Source of the DNA: Patescibacteria group bacterium
GTDB lineage: Bacteria; Patescibacteriota; Microgenomatia; CAYGWK01
Reading direction: 5' to 3'
DNA: 64,000 nucleotides
NCBI GenBank assembly: GCA_049322615.1
Contig: JBMORX010000001.1
Location: 6,715 to 70,714 of the forward strand
A program made the position numbers and the translations under genes. Shown here piece after piece: positions 57,815-64,000 of this stretch; the stretch's first letter is position 1; every line of letters begins with the position of its first letter. The notes beneath the pieces were generated by a model. That model ran no database searches, was not told the DNA's origin, and saw only the letters and a list, made by a program, of their open reading frames with translations.

Positions 57815-57878
57815 TTGCAGTCGAAAAGGCTGTTTATCAACCGCCTTCAGTCCCGACACTTGTCGGGATTTGGCTTTT
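57815..57878 (+). ncRNA. Candidate ~65-nt structured RNA convergent on the NYN gene
   Basis: Hairpins cagtc-gaaaa-ggctg and tcccgaca-ct-tgtcggga, then TTTTT. Confidence 0.4.
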
Positions 57879-58560
57879 TAAGAAGACCTAACCAAGAATT
57901 CTTCTCTAAGTTTCCAAACGTCTTGATAGTGATCTATATTCTTTGAGGTTCTAAGCTCATCAGCCACATGTCCCCTTCTAGATAAAACCAGCACTCTCTT
58001 CTTATGCTTTTTAAGAAAGGATGTTAAATAGACAAAATCACTATCTCCAGAGAAAAGTACGAAGGTATCAAAGTTATTCAGCCAGGAGACCGCATCAACT
58101 GAAATCTCAACGTCAAAATCGGCTTTACGCTCATCTGCCATTCTATTTTTATGTCCACACTGTTCGCATGTGATAGTCTTTCCTCTGCCCAAGATAGTTT
58201 TTATTGGTTTCCAAACAACGCGATATCCGTTTTTCTTTAAAAACATAAGAAATTTATCATGCGACCTTGTCCCAAAACGAGCTGTATAGAAACTTATACT
58301 TGAGACCCGAGTATTCTTTCTAAAAAATTTGTGAAGCTTCTTATAGTCTACTCGCCAAAGGTTTTTATTCGCTTTCCAATTTGCACCTTCGGCGAGATGT
58401 TTTGGCGGGGTAAAACCCAATGCTTGAACCGATTTTCGAGGTTTGCCGCATCAATATAAACAGCCACCAGACCCTGTAGTTGACTAATTAGTTCCCTTGT
58501 TATCTGTTTTTCTGCCGTTTTTAAACTCTTACCTTTTCCTGGTTCCTTTTTTCTTTTCAT
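57878..58560 (-). pseudogene. NYN/LabA (PIN-like) ribonuclease split by a 1-bp frameshift at ~58434
   Basis: VAVYIDAANLE in one frame; KADFDVEI, LFSGDSDF in another; adding one A in GAAAA gives LEKSVQALGF. Confidence 0.8.
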
Positions 58561-58597
58561 TAAATCCATTGTAACAGATTTTAAGGAGAGAAATTTT

Positions 58598-58664
58598 GGG
58601 GCGGGGCGGGATTTTAAGGGCTCAAATCCCTAGGTGGCGAACCTGTTTTACCTCCAAGGTGGAA
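58598..58664. repeat. Cassette-boundary repeat, copy 3
   Basis: ggggcggggcgggattttaagggctcaaatccctaggtggcgaacc-tgttt-tacctccaaggtggaa. Confidence 0.85.
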
Positions 58665-58685
58665 GAGTCACTTTCCTCCACAATT

Positions 58686-58762
58686 TTAATCAAATTTGGC
58701 AATAAGCCTATACCAACGGCAAAATTCGCACTCGGCAACAAAAACGGCGACAAAGAAATCAT
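58686..58762 (-). pseudogene. 77-bp relic (5' and 3' ends only) of a homolog of the 56133-56786 nuclease gene
   Basis: MISLSPFLL fused to ECEFCRWYRLIAKFD*, versus MIFLSPFLL...[15 protein letters not shown]. Confidence 0.85.
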
Positions 58763-58778
58763 AATTAAAAATAATGGT

Positions 58779-59228
58779 TCAACTATGTCCTGAGGGTATA
58801 TTTTGGCCAACATAGTTAGCCAAAAATCTTGCCTGCCAGTTAATTTTTCCGACCTTTCCCCTAGATAAATTAGATAAATTTGGAAGTCTGTCTCGCTGAT
58901 CCCGGTATAGTAGATAAAACTGCGCCTCATTAGCTATCGATACAAAAGCATGTGCCATCGATTCAAATACTGCCTCTTCCACGGTTCTATCTCCCCATTG
59001 AGGTCCAGTTTCATACTTCCATTGTTTATTAAATCTCTCTTTAAAAAGAGGACTATCTAAGAATTGTTTAAGAGATTTATAAGGATCCTTTATCCTAATA
59101 TCTTTAGGAGGGCGTTTATTCCAAAATGCTATGATCTGTTCTGGCTTAAAGTGCATATCCAAAATAATCGCTAGGGCTACTTCTGGCGAAGATTGCATAG
59201 TTAGTTCTGATAATTGCTCATTACTCAT
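58779..59228 (-). CDS. Hypothetical protein
   Basis: 149-aa ORF with own TATAAT; no motif recognised. Confidence 0.6.
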   Translation of the reverse strand: MSNEQLSELTMQSSPEVALAIILDMHFKPEQIIAFWNKRPPKDIRIKDPYKSLKQFLDSPLFKERFNKQWKYETGPQWGDRTVEEAVFESMAHAFVSIANEAQFYLLYRDQRDRLPNLSNLSRGKVGKINWQARFLANYVGQNIPSGHS

Positions 59229-59328
59229 ATTTACAGGACGGAAGAGATTATATCATAATGATTTAAATCATTTAAACAATTTGTGGGAGATTTTAATTAA
59301 GACAAGGGAAGTTTAAAAAAACTCACTC

Positions 59329-59352
59329 GGGGCGGGATTTTAAGGGCGCAAA
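59329..59352. repeat. Cassette-boundary repeat, copy 4 (short)
   Basis: ggggcgggattttaagggcgcaaa. Confidence 0.8.
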
Positions 59353-59382
59353 GAGGTGTGAACCTAGAATTTTATAAATACT

Positions 59383-60228
59383 TCATTGCCTTTTCCCAAA
59401 GACTTCAATTCTCATGTTTGGATAAGAAAGGGAGGAGACAGGTAAAGAAAATTCCTTGGCAAAAATTCCCCTCTTTTCTAACCCTTCCTCTTCTTCTACT
59501 ACCAGGGTTGTCAGGAGGAAATTAGCCTTTGTAGAAATTCTTCCAAATTGATCAAAAAATAAACTCTCAAAAAATAAGTCTGAAGGATAACAATAAACCA
59601 GATCGGCTGTTAGAAGTAAGCCATCTTCCGTCTCTTTTAATAATCCTAATTGACTATATGGGTTTGGCCCAGTTTCTCCTAGAACGCAGGAGATTTTTTC
59701 CTCCACTGTCGTTTCTAAAGAAAGTCTGCCCGGTGATACTAAAAGCGAGTCCACATAATCCTTGAAACTGTCAGTCTCCAAACAACCATATTTGGAAAAA
59801 CGCCTTTTCAATTCTTCAACCATCTTTTCTTTTAACTCGCCAGCCAACTGGGGAATATAATAAGAACCAATCGCAATCTTTCCTTCGCTGAAAACTAACC
59901 CTTCTTTATATGCCCTAAAATTTATTTCCTGGGCGATCGAGGCTAAGTCTTCGCTTGCCTCAATCCCAAAACTCTCAAATCCTGCCAATCCCGCTAAAAC
60001 CATCACTGTTCCATCTCCACAACCACAATCTAGAGAAATCGGTCTGGGTTCTGGAAACATTTCTCGAAGCTTAATAAATCCTGCCAAAAGAGAGGGTAAT
60101 ATTTCCTTTGGCTCGTTAAGATATGAGGGCCACCAATGCTCCAACTTACTTAATTGGGGATTTTTCTCTTCGAGCAGTCTAAGCACTTTAGGAATACAAT
60201 CAGATGGAACCTTTCCTCTCTCTTTCAT
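59383..60228 (-). CDS. Class I SAM-dependent methyltransferase-like protein
   Basis: LDCGCGDG motif I, FGIE motif II. Confidence 0.7.
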   Translation of the reverse strand: MKERGKVPSDCIPKVLRLLEEKNPQLSKLEHWWPSYLNEPKEILPSLLAGFIKLREMFPEPRPISLDCGCGDGTVMVLAGLAGFESFGIEASEDLASIAQEINFRAYKEGLVFSEGKIAIGSYYIPQLAGELKEKMVEELKRRFSKYGCLETDSFKDYVDSLLVSPGRLSLETTVEEKISCVLGETGPNPYSQLGLLKETEDGLLLTADLVYCYPSDLFFESLFFDQFGRISTKANFLLTTLVVEEEEGLEKRGIFAKEFSLPVSSLSYPNMRIEVFGKRQ

Positions 60229-60315
60229 TGGCTCATACGGGCAGCGAGTTGGATTATATCATTTTTTCAAGACAAGCAGGACCATAAAAAATTGCCTTCA
60301 GTAATCTCATGGCAA

Positions 60316-60437
60316 GCGGGGCGGGATTTTAAGGGCTCAAATCCCTAGGTGGCGAACCCCATAAACCAGAAGAAACGGTTTAGGGCCATGAACCGATTAA
60401 ATCTGGTTCATTGGCTATTCCACCTCCCAGGTGAAAA
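60316..60437. repeat. Cassette-boundary repeat, copy 5 (full length)
   Basis: gcggggcgggattttaagggctcaaatccctaggtggcgaacc + two inner hairpins + ctattccacctcccaggtgaaaa. Confidence 0.9.
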
Positions 60438-60455
60438 TTTCTAGTATATCTTTTT

Positions 60456-61523
60456 TTAATAAGAGAGTAACTTTATTAACTTCTCGAATATATAAATTCT
60501 TCTATTTTTAAAACGCACTATTTTCACTACGTCTAACTCGCTAAATTTTGTCAATAACCTCCTTATAGTTCTTTCTTCAATTTTCGAGCTTTTACTAACA
60601 TCTCTCACCTTAAATATGGGCATCCTGAACATGAAATTTACAATCTTATAGGTATAGGGAGATTTTAGATGTCCGGTTAAATTTTCGACTTCTTTCATCA
60701 ATGTATTAATTTTTGAGATTAAATTTTGCGTTTCTTTTGCTTGGTTCTTAACAGAAATTAAGAAAAACTTCAACCATCTTTCGTACTCTCCTGTTTTGTC
60801 AACTTGATTTAAAGCATCTATATACCTATCCCTACGTTTATCAAAATAACCACTAATATAAAGAGTTGGTTGGAAAAGTAATTTTTTCCAAAATAAGTAT
60901 AAAGGTATAAGTAATCTACCAATTCTCCCATTGCCGTCTTGAAAAGGGTGTATTGCTTCAAATTGATAGTGAAGAATCCCAACCTTAATTAGAGGATGTT
61001 CACCGTCTCCAAGGAGATATTCTTCTAAATTTTCCATATAGTCTTGAATTAATAATGCCTCGAGTGGAATATAGGTTGCTTTCTCAATAGGCTCTCCTTC
61101 TTTTCCAATCCATACTTGTTCTTTTCTGAAATTTCCTCTTGTTTTATGCCCTCTGGTATTCTCCAAGAGTATTTGGTGAAGACCCTTTATAAAACTCAAG
61201 TCAATAGGTGTATTTTTCAGTTGTTCAATCGCCATGACCATTGCTTTTTTATAATTAGAAACCTCAACAGTATCGGGATGTTTAATTTCGCCTGTTGCTT
61301 CATATTTAAGCACGTCAGAAATAGTGCTTCTCGTGCCTTCGATTCTCGAACTAATAGTTGCTTCCTTAATCAAAAGAGGAGAAATTAAAATTTGAGGGTT
61401 TGGTAAGCTCCTTTGAAGTCCATCTAACCTACCTAATTCAAAAGAAGCGCTAGCTAGCTCGTTTGACAAGGTTGAGAAATTATATTTCGCTAACAATTTA
61501 GGTGGGTGATGTGGTTCTATCAT
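60456..61523 (-). CDS. Fic family protein (Fic_N, FIC, wHTH)
   Basis: EATISSRIEG, HPFQDGNGRIGR. Confidence 0.93.
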   Translation of the reverse strand: MIEPHHPPKLLAKYNFSTLSNELASASFELGRLDGLQRSLPNPQILISPLLIKEATISSRIEGTRSTISDVLKYEATGEIKHPDTVEVSNYKKAMVMAIEQLKNTPIDLSFIKGLHQILLENTRGHKTRGNFRKEQVWIGKEGEPIEKATYIPLEALLIQDYMENLEEYLLGDGEHPLIKVGILHYQFEAIHPFQDGNGRIGRLLIPLYLFWKKLLFQPTLYISGYFDKRRDRYIDALNQVDKTGEYERWLKFFLISVKNQAKETQNLISKINTLMKEVENLTGHLKSPYTYKIVNFMFRMPIFKVRDVSKSSKIEERTIRRLLTKFSELDVVKIVRFKNRRIYIFEKLIKLLSY

Positions 61524-61545
61524 TTTACGCTGATATTAACATATC

Positions 61546-61602
61546 CCGGACACTTTGTCAACTTTCTGTCCGAAAACCTCGATCTCCGGACACAAGTGTC
61601 CG
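61546..61602. promoter_or_regulatory. CGGACA...TGTCCG inverted repeats over the fic -35 box (probable operators)
   Basis: cggacactttgtcaactttctgtccg and cggacacaagtgtccg. Confidence 0.6.
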
Positions 61603-61639
61603 AAAATAAGAACTTAAATAAGAAAATTAATTAAGGTAC

Positions 61640-61664
61640 CTATTCCACCTCCGAGGTGGAAAAA
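61640..61664. repeat. Cassette-boundary repeat, right half only
   Basis: ctattccacctccgaggtggaaaaa. Confidence 0.8.
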
Positions 61665-61674
61665 TTAATTCTCT

Positions 61675-61905
61675 TCATTTTTTCTTCTTTAAAAGTTTCT
61701 CAAATTCCTCGATGCTTATGTTGGCAAGTTTTAATTGTTTTCTGAGTAAAAATGGAGCAATCTCTTTATGTCTTGGAATAGAAATATTATAAGGACATTT
61801 ATCACTCTTCAAAATTATATGAGCACCATCGTCGCTTCTAATATAAAAATCGGCCCGTTGAAAGGCCACAACAACTTCTTTCCAAGAAAGTCCGACTAAC
61901 TTCAT
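61675..61905 (-). CDS. hicA: HicA-family toxin
   Basis: F...GAHIIL...ISIPRHKEI..FLLRKQLK.ANIS.EEF. Confidence 0.88.
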   Translation of the reverse strand: MKLVGLSWKEVVVAFQRADFYIRSDDGAHIILKSDKCPYNISIPRHKEIAPFLLRKQLKLANISIEEFEKLLKKKK

Positions 61906-62142
61906 TTAGGCAGCGGCAAATACTTTGGGAAGCGAAACCCGAACGTTTCTGACTTCACCTACTTCTTTTTTCTCTTCTTCAGCCCTTACTTTCAGAAACG
62001 CTTTAATTGCCTTTTTTACATTGGAGACCGCCTCTCTTTTTGTTTTTCCTTGAGACATACAACCCGGAAGATTTAAAACCTCGGCAACGTAACCCTTATA
62101 TGCTTTATCGTAGATTAATTTAATGGTAAAAGTAGAAGCCAT
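61906..62142 (-). CDS. hicB: HicB-family antitoxin (no DNA-binding domain)
   Basis: GYVAEVLNLPGCMSQGKTKREAVSNVKKAI. Confidence 0.9.
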   Translation of the reverse strand: MASTFTIKLIYDKAYKGYVAEVLNLPGCMSQGKTKREAVSNVKKAIKAFLKVRAEEEKKEVGEVRNVRVSLPKVFAAA

Positions 62143-62206
62143 GTTAAATAGATTTTATCCAATTTTCGGCTTTTTGTCAACGTCGAATTAGGTGGAGAAA
62201 TTTTTC

Positions 62207-62336
62207 GCGAGCGGGAGTTTAAGGGCTCAAATCCCTAGGTGGCGAACCCCATAAACCAGTCCGCCAACCGGCGAACGGTTTAGGGCCATGAACCGATTAA
62301 ATCTGGTTCATTGGCTATTCCACCTCCGAGATGGAA
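62207..62336. repeat. Cassette-boundary repeat, copy 6 (full length, with a nested mini-palindrome)
   Basis: Near-identical to 60316-60437 except tccgccaaccggcg in the loop of the first inner hairpin. Confidence 0.9.
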
Positions 62337-62395
62337 GGATAAGTTTGTATTATATTCGATTTTTTAGAAAATGAGTAGGAAACCAAAGAATGTGG

Positions 62396-63079
62396 TTATT
62401 TTTGAGATTGGTAGTAAGTTCTGCCCTTTTTCGTAATCTCCCAAATCCCACGAGGAGAGTCTTTCATTAACAGTCCTTCTTCTTTCATTTTCTGCCGTTC
62501 CCACTGGGCGGCATTTTCCCATCTGATAGATGTTCCTGACGGAAGCCTTCCTAAATCTGCGGTGGTTAATTTATCCTTTATTTTGCTTTTTATTTTTTCT
62601 AAAACTTTTTCCATTTTCCCTCTCCCGCCCATTTCTATTAAGCTCTCCAAAATAGGAATTCGATATTCTTTTTGGGGGGTTCTTTTTATTTTTTTTCTTG
62701 TTGATTTCGGAAACTCTTCCCGCTCTCCTGCTACGGTCACTACTCCTTTCTCTTCCAGTTTATCTATAGGTATATTCCTTAGGAGCAAACTTACGTTTTC
62801 TGAAAACTCTTTATAACTCTCCTGAAGGAAGATAAATTTTTCTCCTTCCCGCTCGTATGCATATTTTTCAGCAATTTTGTGTACCCCCTCTTCACAATCT
62901 GATAATATCATCAATGGATTCAATTCCCATAAATCTAATATTTCGGCACTTCGATGACTCCGCCTATATTGGACCAGTGTAGCTCTAATGTTTGTCGTTT
63001 TTCCTATTTTAACATCGGAGATTTTCAATCCGCTATAAGACAAATCAGCAACTTTTATCGCATAAATCATTTCAGCCAT
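62396..63079 (-). CDS. GIY-YIG/T5orf172-like N-domain fused to an Mrr_N-type winged helix
   Basis: IYAIK...VKIGKTTN; TPQKEYRIPILESL...RWENAAQW...RGIWEITKKG. Confidence 0.7.
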   Translation of the reverse strand: MAEMIYAIKVADLSYSGLKISDVKIGKTTNIRATLVQYRRSHRSAEILDLWELNPLMILSDCEEGVHKIAEKYAYEREGEKFIFLQESYKEFSENVSLLLRNIPIDKLEEKGVVTVAGEREEFPKSTRKKIKRTPQKEYRIPILESLIEMGGRGKMEKVLEKIKSKIKDKLTTADLGRLPSGTSIRWENAAQWERQKMKEEGLLMKDSPRGIWEITKKGRTYYQSQK

Positions 63080-63303
63080 AATTTACCTCCACAAACCCGT
63101 CTTGCCCTAATTTTACCCCATAAATTTGCTTTCAGCAACTTACTGGGCAAGCCGCCCTCTCCTTTTTATCAATCAGAGGTTTTTCTGTTTCGTTTTGGAA
63201 ACCTATCTTGGTTCGAGGCGGAGGATGAGGCGGGCAGTTAAAACTTTATCAGCTTTTAATTGAAGAGGGCAAAAAAACCAGCGTAGGCGCCCTCAGGTCG
63301 AAT

Positions 63304-63585
63304 CTAATCTTGAATAAAACTGACATCGCTCATAAATTTTACTTCATCATTATTTTTTAACACTTCGTCTTCTGTTGGGGGTCTATCATTTAAGAGAAAT
63401 CCTAAAGTGCCCGGATGGAATTTTTGATGAATTTCTGGGTAAGAAGAAAAGATAAAATTTAAAAATTGAACAAATGTTAAGTTTTTGGAAACTATCGCTT
63501 CTTCAAAGCTTTTCCCGGTAATTCTTTGCAATCTGTCATCATAAAAAATCTTAATTTTAATTGGTCTTAAGAGTTTTCTCATCAT
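63304..63585 (-). CDS. MoaD/ThiS-like beta-grasp protein without C-terminal GG
   Basis: IKIKIFY..LQRITG...GFLLNDRPP..DEVLKNNDEVKF. Confidence 0.6.
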   Translation of the reverse strand: MMRKLLRPIKIKIFYDDRLQRITGKSFEEAIVSKNLTFVQFLNFIFSSYPEIHQKFHPGTLGFLLNDRPPTEDEVLKNNDEVKFMSDVSFIQD

Positions 63586-64000
63586 AAACCTAAAAGTGGT
63601 TTCTCCCAGCCAAAGCAAGTTTCTTGGTCTTTGAGAATCTCAAAAGCTTTACGGCACGAAGAGTCAAGTTTGACATACTCGATTAACATCGCGACGACTT
63701 CTTCTATAAACCCGCCGACAGTTCCGTCAGAATCGTCAACACCGCCGAAACTTAATTTTTTATCCAGCCTCAAAAGCAATTTAATAACAAGCTCTGTTGT
63801 CTGGAGGCTCACCGGCAAATCTGAAACTATCACCGCTAAACGATTGCATCCTTCAGTAAGCGATGCTTGGTAGGCAAACCAAATTTTAGAAGGACCATTA
63901 TAGGGCTTGATATAACGGGCTGCCTCAGAAATCAAACTTTTAACTTTTATCAATTGATTTTTGTCCAGCTTACCCAGATGACCACTGCATTTTATTTCAA
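63582..64000 (-). CDS. Hypothetical protein (5' end outside window)
   Basis: Frame open to the window edge; GGVDDSDGTVGGF motif; ATGA overlap with next gene. Confidence 0.65.
   Translation of the reverse strand, partial: EIKCSGHLGKLDKNQLIKVKSLISEAARYIKPYNGPSKIWFAYQASLTEGCNRLAVIVSDLPVSLQTTELVIKLLLRLDKKLSFGGVDDSDGTVGGFIEEVVAMLIEYVKLDSSCRKAFEILKDQETCFGWEKPLLGL

Noticed and set aside
57532-62336. Boundary repeats as a CRISPR array or classical integron attC sites
   Set aside because: Spacing is gene-sized and irregular, there is no cas operon, no RYYYAAC/GTTRRRY boxes and no intI in the window.
63083-63303. Possible att site or tRNA fragment between accessory genes
   Set aside because: Some GC-rich patches, but no matching repeat or tRNA 3' end could be established.

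Overview
Bacterial chromosome segment (standard code 11), most consistent with a Patescibacteria/CPR (Microgenomates-like) organism. The evidence is inferential: no L30 between rpsE and rplO, trimmed ribosomal proteins, an AAA-only Lon, a baseplate-J-like membrane protein beside a sortase, and many apparently leaderless genes. 1-26.7 kb holds the alpha/spc/S10/str ribosomal clusters plus rpoB/rpoC, all on the minus strand; the str operon is interrupted by opposite-strand genes, including a TrpR/YerC-like repressor. 27-34 kb is accessory DNA (HhH-GPD fusion, GANTC-type R-M pair, thermonuclease). 34-55 kb is housekeeping (mltG, ruvX, sortase, alaS, ftsK, rnj, udg, lon, pnp, rpsO, infB with a 529-aa LAGLIDADG intein, nusA). 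55-64 kb is a run of co-oriented accessory genes. Most notable: (1) the 57.5-62.3 kb accessory genes are separated by copies of one structured repeat (GGGGCGGGATTTTAAGGG...CCACCTCCGAGGTGG), like a gene-cassette array, and one slot holds a 77-bp gutted relic of a neighbouring nuclease gene; (2) short palindromes and 7/9-bp tandem repeats are inserted in frame in essential genes and at ribosomal start codons; (3) the rpsJ 3' end is duplicated with synonymous changes, like an att scar; (4) an orphan consensus promoter may drive a small structured RNA convergent on a NYN RNase gene. No tRNA, rRNA, CRISPR array, integrase or transposase was recognised. All calls come from reading the sequence; no searches were run.
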